A stretch of DNA of 64,000 bases from the IMG/VR virus record IMGVR_UViG_3300011991_000001; one strand, given 5' to 3'. The notes under the pieces were generated by a model. That model did not search any database, had not been told where the DNA came from, and saw only the letters and a program-made list of their open reading frames with translations. Shown here piece after piece: positions 55,206 through 64,000 of this stretch. The position numbers and the translations under genes are program-made. Position 1 is the stretch's first letter, and every line of letters begins with the position of its first letter. This DNA comes from an uncultured virus (IMG/VR IMGVR_UViG_3300011991_000001) (lineage: Duplodnaviria; Heunggongvirae; Uroviricota; Caudoviricetes).

Positions 55206-55487
55206 TCTTATGGGGAGATAAATCTATAATTTAATCTATTCTCTCTCCTCTCTATATTTGGGAAGTGCAATAAAGTCCATTAAACGCTCTGGTGTTTTAG
55301 TGTGGGGATTGCACGTGCTGTCGTTGGTTGGGTTAGGTCAGCTTATTAATACTAAATATACTATACTAAATAGGTTTGCTAGTGATATCTTAGATAAAAA
55401 CTAGCACAGAACAAAAACTTTGCAACATGAGTTTTTCTTAGGGGAGTATTAATACTTACTTAATGTTTTTAGATTGTTGCACTATAT

Positions 55488-55563
55488 TGCGTGATAGCTC
55501 AGTTGGTAGAGCGTCTGACTGTTAATCAGAATGTCGCAAGTTCGAACCTTGCTCTCGCAGCCA
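55488..55563 (+). tRNA. tRNA-Asn(GTT)
   Basis: Cloverleaf TGCGTGA/TCTCGCA, D arm, TCTGA-CTGTTAA-TCAGA, GTTCGAAC, encoded CCA. Confidence 0.93.
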
Positions 55564-55566
55564 AAT

Positions 55567-55640
55567 GCCGAAATAGTTTAATGATAAAACTTCTGTTTTG
55601 TAATCAGAGATTCACAGTTTGATTCTGTGTTTCGGCTCCA
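55567..55640 (+). tRNA. tRNA-Thr(TGT), somewhat degenerate
   Basis: GCCGAAA/TTTCGGC acceptor, loop TTTGTAA, T-loop TTTGATT (non-canonical), encoded CCA. Confidence 0.8.
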
Positions 55641-55867
55641 TAAAATAATATATTCTCTTACAAGGAGGATTAAACTAATGGAAAAACTAAATATTGAAGA
55701 TACAACATGCCCCTGTTGCGGTAAGCATAGGTATTTCCTAAAATTTTATTGTGAAAAAACTATTCTGTATTGTCAAGATTGTTCCTTTTGGAATGAGATT
55801 TAATTAAGATAAATCATATGGTCGATTATGATATTAATAATGAAAATAAATTGTGATGAGGTTGAGA

Positions 55868-57085
55868 ATGTCTAAAAACGAATTATATACTATAGGCGTA
55901 GACTTCAAAAATAATAGAAATAAATATAAGACTCTACTTAATACTAATAAACCTTCTTGGTCAGACTTGAACAATTTTTATGAACTACCGTTTCCAACTG
56001 GAGAAGCATATAGACAATTTATTAAAAAACGCCAAGGTAAAGATGGTACTCTCAAAAAACAAGAAGTAATCAGAGATATTATTGTAGAAAAGAAATTAGA
56101 TCAAGTTAGAGAAATTGTCGGAGAACTTGATATTAAGAAACAACAAATTAGAGACCAAAACAGACAACTTAATGCTCTAAAAAAAGACTTCATTAAGTCT
56201 GTTAGTGTTGCGGAAGATATTAAAGATTATCTATCAGAAAATTGTACGATTATTATTCCTGAATATTGTCATGAAACATTAAATGTAAATAATAGCAAAT
56301 ATAAAATGATAGTCCATATGACAGACTGGCATATCGGGTATGTGATTGATAATTGTAAGGGTAATTACTATAATTGGGAAATTGCTAATAAAAGAGTAGA
56401 TAAACTTATTTCTGAATGCTATAAATACATAGAATTGTATGGAATTAGTAATATTTCTGTTGTCAACACAGGAGATATAATAGAACATACTTACATGAGA
56501 GCAAATCAAAGTCAATTCTGTGAGTTTACACAATCAGAGCAAATAAATAAAGCTATTAAACTAATTTATAGATTTCTGTGTGCGTTAAGCAAATATACAA
56601 AAGTTGAATATGATAGCATTTACGGAAATCATGATAGAATAAATGGCGATAAGAAAGTTAATCTTGATGGTGATAATGCTGAAGTTATTATTAGAGAACA
56701 ACTTAAAACTTATGTAGAAATAACTAATAATAAACGTGTAAATATTATTGACAGGAAACATACAGATAAAGAGATAGTTAAGGATGTTAATGGTCTTAAA
56801 TGTAAATTCATTCATGGTGAAGATTCTACCAAGGACGGTAAAAGAGCTATGAGGAATGAAATTTCTGTAGATGATCAGTTTTATGACGTTTTGTTTAAGG
56901 GACATTTACATAACTTCAATATTGAGTCTGAGAATAACGGTAGGTATATTGTTTATACTGGTTGTTTGAGTGGTTACAACGATTATAGTGTTAAATTTGG
57001 TGCTACTACTTTTGCGTCACAAACCATTTGTATTGTTGATGATAATGGGAAAATTGAATTGATTAAGGATGTAATTTTACAATAA
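55868..57085 (+). CDS. YonJ-like metallophosphoesterase
   Basis: DWH, GD, GNHD, HG, GHLH motifs. Confidence 0.88.
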   Translation: MSKNELYTIGVDFKNNRNKYKTLLNTNKPSWSDLNNFYELPFPTGEAYRQFIKKRQGKDGTLKKQEVIRDIIVEKKLDQVREIVGELDIKKQQIRDQNRQLNALKKDFIKSVSVAEDIKDYLSENCTIIIPEYCHETLNVNNSKYKMIVHMTDWHIGYVIDNCKGNYYNWEIANKRVDKLISECYKYIELYGISNISVVNTGDIIEHTYMRANQSQFCEFTQSEQINKAIKLIYRFLCALSKYTKVEYDSIYGNHDRINGDKKVNLDGDNAEVIIREQLKTYVEITNNKRVNIIDRKHTDKEIVKDVNGLKCKFIHGEDSTKDGKRAMRNEISVDDQFYDVLFKGHLHNFNIESENNGRYIVYTGCLSGYNDYSVKFGATTFASQTICIVDDNGKIELIKDVILQ

Positions 57086-57111
57086 AATTTAAGCCGAAAG
57101 GTAATATAGAT

Positions 57112-57699
57112 ATGGAAATTATGATTCAACCAGACAGAGTAATTGAAGAAATGAAAATAAATTCTGCAATTCGTGATCGCAGAATCTTCATTTGTGAGGA
57201 GATTGATAGAGAGTCGATCTTCAAAGTAATTTACTACTTAGATAGACTTCAAGCTATTGATAAAAAGTCAGGAACTAAAAAACCTATTGAAATTGTTTTG
57301 GACACATACGGTGGAGACGCATATTCAACAATTGCACTCTGCTCTAAAATCAGAAGTATGGTTGTAAATGACGGATATAGAATAATTACTACTGTTCATA
57401 CAATAGCTTTTTCAGGTGGGTTCTGGATATTAATATGTGGAAGTGAACGTAGAGCTTTGCCCGATTCTAGAATTATGGTTCATAGTGCTATATCTGGAAC
57501 TTCTGGAAAACATCAAGATATGATTGATGATATGGAAGAAACAGCAACTATATGGAATAAACTTAAAACAATTATAACTGATACTACTAATATTTCAGAT
57601 GTAAGATTAGAAGAAATCAAAAAAATGAAATATGATTGGTATTTTTGGGGTTCTGAGGCAGTTACAGATGAGTTCAATATTGTAGATAAAATTTTGTAG
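57112..57699 (+). CDS. clpP: ClpP-family serine protease
   Basis: DTYGG, AFSGG (Ser), RIMVH (His), DWYF (Asp). Confidence 0.85.
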   Translation: MEIMIQPDRVIEEMKINSAIRDRRIFICEEIDRESIFKVIYYLDRLQAIDKKSGTKKPIEIVLDTYGGDAYSTIALCSKIRSMVVNDGYRIITTVHTIAFSGGFWILICGSERRALPDSRIMVHSAISGTSGKHQDMIDDMEETATIWNKLKTIITDTTNISDVRLEEIKKMKYDWYFWGSEAVTDEFNIVDKIL

Positions 57700-57716
57700 G
57701 AAATAGGAGAATTAAT

Positions 57717-58046
57717 ATGTCGCTAGAAGAAAAGGAAACAAAAACAGAAGATACTATTCTACCTGTAGAATTAAATAAACCAGATTCAGATATAATTATG
57801 TTCTTTGAACCTATGGAGTTAAGTGTACCTAAGCAACTTGATAAAGAAGAGTTTATTAGGGGTATTAAAGAAGCAAGTTGTGCTTGTGGTATGTATACTG
57901 CATTAATAAATTGTGGTTGGAGTATGGAAGATGCTGTTGCTTATATTTTTAATAAAATGAATATCGAGAATAATATTGCAATCAGTAAAATTTCGGCAGA
58001 AGCTTCTAAGCATAATTCTAATGCAAAGGATAATTCAGAACTATAA
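57717..58046 (+). CDS. hypothetical protein
   Basis: RBS AGGAG. Confidence 0.6.
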   Translation: MSLEEKETKTEDTILPVELNKPDSDIIMFFEPMELSVPKQLDKEEFIRGIKEASCACGMYTALINCGWSMEDAVAYIFNKMNIENNIAISKISAEASKHNSNAKDNSEL

Positions 58047-58098
58047 ATTTAACAGCAATGTCAACTTTAAAATAAATAATAAAGGTGGATAAATATTA

Positions 58099-58443
58099 AT
58101 GCGTGTATTTAAATCAGAAACAGCATGGGATAAAATAGAACAACAATGGTATCAGTCTTTTGAAATTGATGGTGATATTGTTGATATGGAAACTTATTGT
58201 ATGGAATTAGAGGTTGAGCAAACAGAAATCCCAAAAGAAGTTTTTGAATGTCAGTGCCCAGATTGCGTTGAATCAGATAAAGAGGATTACCTTACAGAAG
58301 CAGTTAATATGATTATGGAAGGTATGTGCCCTCAACATATTTATGAAATGCTTCAAGATATTTTTAATGAAGGTTATGGTGATGGCTTTGAAGAAGGAAT
58401 GCAGGAGATGAAAATTGTAATGCAGGACTTTTTAGAAGATTAA
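58099..58443 (+). CDS. acidic hypothetical protein
   Basis: RBS AAGGTGG; CQCPDC. Confidence 0.6.
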   Translation: MRVFKSETAWDKIEQQWYQSFEIDGDIVDMETYCMELEVEQTEIPKEVFECQCPDCVESDKEDYLTEAVNMIMEGMCPQHIYEMLQDIFNEGYGDGFEEGMQEMKIVMQDFLED

Positions 58444-58528
58444 TTTATAGGTATTTAAAATGCTCTATCTTTGTTTAGATAGAGCATTTACTTATGTCTA
58501 TAAACATGAATTAAAGGAAGGGAAATTT

Positions 58529-59341
58529 GTGAAAATTAAACGAGAACAAATTACATGTAGTAGTTGTGGATTGATTAAATCAGCTAATATAACCAACTAT
58601 TTCAAAACTGATAATCCTTTATATAATGAATTTTTCCCAACATGCAAGAGTTGCGTATATGATCTATACAATTCTTATATACAGTCTGGTTCAAACATTA
58701 GAGATTCAGTAATAAAAGTTTGTGAGTTGCTTGATAAACCATTTCTTGAAGAAGTATTTTACAATACCTTTGAAAAAGAAAAGATAAATCCTAATCTTTT
58801 AGGAATATATTTTAAAAATTCAGCAATGCCCCAATATCGCAAGCAAGGTCTTGTAAGATATAAAGATAGTATATTTGCAAACAGTTCCTCGCAAGGGCAA
58901 CAATCAGTGTTTGAAGATCAAACAAGAATATATAGTGAAGAATGGAATGGAAGATATACTCAGGTAGATATTAAATATCTTGACAAATATCTTACAGGAT
59001 TGCATTCAGACTTCAAGATTAATACAACAAGTTACAAAGACTATGCGAAAAAGATTTGTTGTGCTAGTTTAGCTGTTAATAAAGCATATCAAGAAATGTT
59101 AGATGGAACAAATGGAGCTGATAAGAAATATAAAGACTTGCAAGCTACTTTTGATACACTATCAAAGTCTGCTCAGTTCACTGAAAACTCTAGATCAAGT
59201 ATAAGTGCTGGTATAAATAGTATTTGCCAAGTAGTAGATAAAATAGAAAGTAAAGACTGGATTTATGTAGCAGAAGATTATGAAAAGGATGCTATTGAAC
59301 ATTTATTAGATCAGTTTAATAATATCCAGAAATCATTGTAG
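58529..59341 (+). CDS. YonG-like protein (candidate terminase small subunit)
   Basis: CSSC...PTCKSC, LDKPF; directly upstream of terminase; GTG start after RBS. Confidence 0.6.
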   Translation: MKIKREQITCSSCGLIKSANITNYFKTDNPLYNEFFPTCKSCVYDLYNSYIQSGSNIRDSVIKVCELLDKPFLEEVFYNTFEKEKINPNLLGIYFKNSAMPQYRKQGLVRYKDSIFANSSSQGQQSVFEDQTRIYSEEWNGRYTQVDIKYLDKYLTGLHSDFKINTTSYKDYAKKICCASLAVNKAYQEMLDGTNGADKKYKDLQATFDTLSKSAQFTENSRSSISAGINSICQVVDKIESKDWIYVAEDYEKDAIEHLLDQFNNIQKSL

Positions 59342-59349
59342 GTGATAAC

Positions 59350-61095
59350 ATGGCAGTACATAAGAATTTTAGTAAAAAAAGTAGACATATAAAAGATGGA
59401 GATTTTAATAACTTAGATAGTAGTTTTAGCCATGACCCAATAGTTGGCGAAGGCGATGATTTAAGTAATGAAGAGTGGATTAAGTTTATAGCATATTATA
59501 GGGTACATATAGACAAGTTTGCCATTGAAGTTCTTGGACTCAAGCTCCATATGTTCCAACGCTTATTACTTAGAGCTATGGCTAGATACCAATATGTAAT
59601 GCTCATATGTTGTAGAGGAATAGGAAAGTCTTGGATAAGTGCAGTATTTTTTGTCTGTTCAGCTATACTATATAAGGGCCTAAAATGTGGCATAGCTTCA
59701 GGTCAGGGGCAACAGGCTAGGAACGTGATTATACAAAAGATTAAAGGTGAACTTGCTAATAACCCTAATATAGCACGAGAAATAATATTCCCAATAAGTG
59801 TGTCATCTGATAACTGTGTTGTAAACTTTAGAAATGGCAGTGAAATTAGAGCTATTGTTTTAGGAAGAAATCAAGGAGATGGAGCAAGAAGTTGGAGATT
59901 TAATTATCTACTAATTGACGAGGCACGTTTGGTACCAGATTCCGTCATATCCACTATCCTAATTCCAATGACAAAAACTAAAAGGCCAGTTGCTATCGAA
60001 CATATGATGCCAGAAAAAGGCAAGGTAATTTTTATCTCTTCTGCCTTCTTAAAAACAAGTGACTTATATAAAAGGTTTATATACTTCTATGGTAAAATGA
60101 AGGATGGAAATAAAAACTTCTTTGTATGTGCTTTGGACTATAAAGTTGGAATTGAGTCTATGATTTTTGATGCAGAAGATATTGATGAAGAGAAAAATAA
60201 ACCAGATACTACTGAAGAAATTTTTCTATATGAGTATTGTGGACAGTTTGTAGGTTCTAGTGGTGAAAGTTATTACCCTTATGAAATCACTAATCCTTGT
60301 AGAATATTAGATCAGTGCGAGGTAATTCAACCTAAGAAAAGTAAGAGTATATATATTATTGTTCATGACGTTGCATTATCTAGTGCTAAAAACTCTGATA
60401 ACGCATGTACTCACGTAATTAAGTTGAAAGAAAAATCGAATGGCACATATTTTAAAGATGTTGTTTATACGAAAACACATAATGGGGCAACACTTCCAGA
60501 GCAGAGAGATTTCTTGAGAGAATTGTATCATCTTAAATTCCCCAATGCAATCAAAATAATTATTGATATGCGTGGCAACGGAGAACCACTCCCATCGTTG
60601 TTCTATGAAAGCTGGGAATATAGAGATGAAAAAACAAAGGAAACAATTGAATTCCCCCCCTTAGTTTTAGATGATGATGAAAAAGGTAGAGACATTAAAA
60701 ATTCCGTACCTATTATTAGAGGGATAACTGCTACACAAAGTAGCAATAACACTATGTACACTTATCTTAAAGCTTCTTTTGAAAATAAATCTTTGAGATT
60801 ATTAAAACATTCAACTGAAATGAATGAGTCATATAAAACAGCACAATTAACTGTTGAAGAGTTTTCTATGTTTGTACAAACAGACTTATTAATCCAAGAA
60901 TTATCTAATATTAAGCAAATTATGAGTGCCAATAATAACGTTATATATGACAGAATTGTAAAAACTCATAAAAGAGATAGGGCTACAAGTTTAGCATATG
61001 GATTATCTGTGGTAAATGAAATGGAAGAATATAACCGAAAAAATATGTTTGGCGAAGAGGAGGAAGATTCTCTTCAATACCTATTCTTCAATTAA
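59350..61095 (+). CDS. terL: terminase large subunit (YonF-like)
   Basis: Walker A RGIGKS, Walker B LLIDEA, ISSA, nuclease HDVA...D, KRDRAT. Confidence 0.93.
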   Translation: MAVHKNFSKKSRHIKDGDFNNLDSSFSHDPIVGEGDDLSNEEWIKFIAYYRVHIDKFAIEVLGLKLHMFQRLLLRAMARYQYVMLICCRGIGKSWISAVFFVCSAILYKGLKCGIASGQGQQARNVIIQKIKGELANNPNIAREIIFPISVSSDNCVVNFRNGSEIRAIVLGRNQGDGARSWRFNYLLIDEARLVPDSVISTILIPMTKTKRPVAIEHMMPEKGKVIFISSAFLKTSDLYKRFIYFYGKMKDGNKNFFVCALDYKVGIESMIFDAEDIDEEKNKPDTTEEIFLYEYCGQFVGSSGESYYPYEITNPCRILDQCEVIQPKKSKSIYIIVHDVALSSAKNSDNACTHVIKLKEKSNGTYFKDVVYTKTHNGATLPEQRDFLRELYHLKFPNAIKIIIDMRGNGEPLPSLFYESWEYRDEKTKETIEFPPLVLDDDEKGRDIKNSVPIIRGITATQSSNNTMYTYLKASFENKSLRLLKHSTEMNESYKTAQLTVEEFSMFVQTDLLIQELSNIKQIMSANNNVIYDRIVKTHKRDRATSLAYGLSVVNEMEEYNRKNMFGEEEEDSLQYLFFN

Positions 61096-61122
61096 CATCC
61101 CTCAATGAAAGGAGGTTACAAA

Positions 61123-62685
61123 TTGTCAAGACGCAGAAATAAAAACAGGACATTCGCATCTCCACCATCTAATAATTCAACATCTCAAGATATTGTTTCA
61201 ACCTTAGATCCAGAAGAGTTAAGAAAATTTAGTTTAGCTGTTGGTAATAGCATAAATAATAATCCCTTATGGATGAATGAGCTTCTAAAACAACAATCTA
61301 CATCAAGTTACAAATATAAGAAGTCAGATATCATTAAATGGACAGAAAACCCTGCGAATAGTGAGAAACAATTAAGAGAAGTTGCAATGTATTTGTATAA
61401 TACAAGCTCATTCTTTAAAAGAATTGTGTATTATCTATCTTCCATTTGTACATTAGACCATATGATTATTCCTTATAATATTTCTGAATCAGATGTAAAA
61501 TCTACTGTATTTAAAAAAGCTAAAACAAAAGCTTATAACTGGCTTGATTCCTTTGATATTAAAAAGGAATTTTTATCTATAATGCAAGTAATTATTCTTG
61601 AAGACATATTTTTCGGATATAAAAGAACCTCTAATACATCAACTACATTACAAAGGTTACCTTCTGCATGGTGTAGACTTGTTTCTAAAACAGACATAGG
61701 ATTTCAATATGCGTTTAATTTTATGTATTTCCTAAATCCCCTCGTCAATATTGATACATTTCCTCCAGAGTTTAAGAAATACTATGACGCAGTCATATCT
61801 GGTAAACGAACTGACATTAATGGATCACCTGTAAACAGTGGAAGTTATTATTGGGTTGTACTTGATGAAAATGCGGTTGCTTTTAAATTTGATAGTAGTA
61901 CAGGAATTATTGCTCCTCCACTCATGGGTATATTTGGTGATTGTTTAGAAATTGATACATACAAGGATTTAATTAAAGATAAATTAACTTTAGATATTCA
62001 AAAATTAGTTTATCAAAGAATCCCAATGGGTAAAGAGAAAAAAGGTGAATTTTTAATTTCTCTGCCTGATGCTAAAGAGTTTCATAATAACGCCAAAGCT
62101 AATATGCCAGCAAATGTAGGGATAGTAACGACTCCTATGGAAATGGCATCTATATCTTTTGATAAACAAGCACAAACAAAAGATAGTTTGATTGGATTAG
62201 GTGAGTCAAACTTCTTCAAAGCAGGGGGAATTAGTGAAGTATTATTCTCTAGCGATGGAGGAAATATTGGATTAAATCTAAGTGTTCAAACAGATTATGA
62301 ATTTGTAAAACATTGTGTAAAGCAATTTGAGAAATGGATTAATTTTCAACTTAGTAAACTAGGTGGAAAGTACAAATTCAAGGTTATATTCCCAGATGTG
62401 AGTGTTTTTAATAGAGACGAATTATATACATCTGCTTTAAATTCTGCAACTCTTGGATATAGTAAGCGTTTAGTTGCATGTTTACAAGGAATTAATCCAC
62501 AAGATTTTGATTCAATGATGGCATTTGAAAATGGAGAAGATATTGTTTCGGCATTAAAACCTCTTGCAAGTGCCTATACAGGTGGATTGAGTGAAGGTGG
62601 TAATCCAGGTAAAAAGACCAAAGACTTGACCGACAAAGGATTAGAAACTAAATCTTCAGGGGCTAACGATAATAGAGGCAAGTAA
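61123..62685 (+). CDS. portal protein (YonE-like)
   Basis: Follows terminase; ~520 aa; C-terminal PLASAYT...GNPGK. Confidence 0.8.
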   Translation: MSRRRNKNRTFASPPSNNSTSQDIVSTLDPEELRKFSLAVGNSINNNPLWMNELLKQQSTSSYKYKKSDIIKWTENPANSEKQLREVAMYLYNTSSFFKRIVYYLSSICTLDHMIIPYNISESDVKSTVFKKAKTKAYNWLDSFDIKKEFLSIMQVIILEDIFFGYKRTSNTSTTLQRLPSAWCRLVSKTDIGFQYAFNFMYFLNPLVNIDTFPPEFKKYYDAVISGKRTDINGSPVNSGSYYWVVLDENAVAFKFDSSTGIIAPPLMGIFGDCLEIDTYKDLIKDKLTLDIQKLVYQRIPMGKEKKGEFLISLPDAKEFHNNAKANMPANVGIVTTPMEMASISFDKQAQTKDSLIGLGESNFFKAGGISEVLFSSDGGNIGLNLSVQTDYEFVKHCVKQFEKWINFQLSKLGGKYKFKVIFPDVSVFNRDELYTSALNSATLGYSKRLVACLQGINPQDFDSMMAFENGEDIVSALKPLASAYTGGLSEGGNPGKKTKDLTDKGLETKSSGANDNRGK

Positions 62686-62697
62686 GAAGGTGTAATA

Positions 62698-62886
62698 ATG
62701 AAGAAATTCATATATTGTTCTAGTGAACAGTTAAAGGATGATTTATTATCTAAGAATTTTAAAGTAATCCAAACCTATGAATCTAATAACATAATAGTTT
62801 GGGTCTTTGAAAATTCAATTGATATAAATAAATATGTTAGTTTTAATAATACAAACATTACATATTCTAATCGTTTGTACTTTTAA
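62698..62886 (+). CDS. small hypothetical protein
   Basis: RBS AGAAGGTG; WVFEN motif resembles 47245-47424. Confidence 0.6.
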   Translation: MKKFIYCSSEQLKDDLLSKNFKVIQTYESNNIIVWVFENSIDINKYVSFNNTNITYSNRLYF

Positions 62887-62898
62887 GGAGGTGAGAAT

Positions 62899-64000
62899 TT
62901 GAAGAGAATAGGGTTTCAATCTACATATGATAGTTTTGAAAAAATTAACCCAGAATTTGCAAAAGTTAAAATTCATGTAATGTACTGTGGAGAGAATAGA
63001 AATGGAAGCTTTATAAGTCGTGAAACTGTTTACAAAATGCTTTATTCCTTGAAAAATATTCCTGTGGTGGGTGAATGGAAGTCTGATGATTTTGGTACGC
63101 ATGGTGGTAAAGTTGAATTATCCGATGATGGTGTGAAATTCACAGACACTACAAAGCCATATGGAGTTATCCCCTCTGATGCAGAAGTTACATGGGAAAC
63201 AATTCGTGAAAAAGATGGTATTACTGAGCATGAATACCTTACTACAACTGCATACCTATGGTTGGGCAGATATCCTGAAATCGAGAAAATTCTTGATGAT
63301 GGTGCAAATCAGTCAATGGAATTATCAATAACAGATGGTCAATTTAATACAGAAAAAAATTATTACGAAATTAATGATGGTCATTTTTCTGCACTTTGTA
63401 TTCTTGGTTCAGATGTTGAACCATGTTTCGCCTCTGCTGATATTGAACATTTTAGTCTAGATAAGGAAAAGTTCATGCAGGATTTTACAGAAATGATGAC
63501 TGAACTAAATTTTTCACTAGACAAAAATAATACTAATCACACTTCTAACGAAGTTGATATAGAAAATATTGAAGAAGGAGGTTTAGGCATGAATGAAGAT
63601 ATTGTAATCGAGGAAGTAATTTTAGATGAAGTAGTTTCAACAGAACCAGTCGTTGAGGAATTTGAAAAGACTGAAGAAGTTGAAATTATAATTGATTCTG
63701 AAGAAAAAAGGGATTTTGAAGCAGAAGTAAAAATATATATGGATAAAATTTCTGCACTTGAATCTGATAATACGGACTTACAAATTAAATATTCAGAATT
63801 AGAATCTGAAGCTGTAGAACTGCGTCAATATAAGTCTGAAAAGATTGCTACTGATGAATATACGGCTAAAGAAATTGAAGTTAATGCTCTTTTTGCGAAG
63901 AAAGAATTTGCAGTTTTAACTGAGGAAGAAGTCAGTGAATTAAAAGTAAAGGCTTTTGAAATGGATCTAGCGTCTGTTGAAAAGGATTTATATGCTTTAG
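62899..64000 (+). CDS. prohead protease/scaffold (YonD-like), truncated by window end
   Basis: RBS AAGGAGGTG and TTG; GENRNGS, HGG, QSMEL, LCILG..VEPCF, then acidic coiled coil. Confidence 0.8.
   Translation, partial: MKRIGFQSTYDSFEKINPEFAKVKIHVMYCGENRNGSFISRETVYKMLYSLKNIPVVGEWKSDDFGTHGGKVELSDDGVKFTDTTKPYGVIPSDAEVTWETIREKDGITEHEYLTTTAYLWLGRYPEIEKILDDGANQSMELSITDGQFNTEKNYYEINDGHFSALCILGSDVEPCFASADIEHFSLDKEKFMQDFTEMMTELNFSLDKNNTNHTSNEVDIENIEEGGLGMNEDIVIEEVILDEVVSTEPVVEEFEKTEEVEIIIDSEEKRDFEAEVKIYMDKISALESDNTDLQIKYSELESEAVELRQYKSEKIATDEYTAKEIEVNALFAKKEFAVLTEEEVSELKVKAFEMDLASVEKDLYAL

Larger units (their letters stand above)
1..64000. mobile_element. SPbeta-like large temperate phage/prophage segment
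   Basis: Gene order RNAP-HU-YonK-YonJ-like-YonG-like-terminase-portal-YonD-like plus a YopQ/YopR-like repressor pair mirrors Bacillus phage SPbeta; no host housekeeping genes seen. Confidence 0.9.

Overview
AT-rich segment of a large SPbeta-like temperate phage or prophage of a spore-forming Bacillota host, probably clostridial (host is inferred). 1-45.3 kb is almost all minus-strand early/accessory genes: DNA ligase, Mom-like modifier, two MTases, homing-endonuclease-like genes, a small tyrosine recombinase and many small ORFs. It also holds an SPbeta-type repressor module (YopQ-like DGQHR, YopR/MrpR-like, XRE). Where SPbeta has its arbitrium locus, this element instead has an Agr-type cyclic-peptide cassette: agrB, an unannotated 38-aa agrD, a kinase-less multi-TM receptor, a DUF5317-like protein and two antitoxin-less PemK/MazF RNases. 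About 30 degenerate palindromic sites (TNAAA-N6-TTTNA, often flanked by CCC/GGG) mark accessory gene junctions, suggesting an integron/pdif-like cassette array. A divergent non-coding region (45.3-47.2 kb) has a perfect chromosomal-type parS, followed by a Rep-like gene with iterons. 47-64 kb (plus strand) is the middle/late core: YonO-like RNA polymerase, PIN-PhoH, HU, YonK, tRNA-Asn, tRNA-Thr, metallophosphoesterase, ClpP, terminase, portal and a truncated protease/scaffold. Family calls come from motif recognition only; no database search was run.
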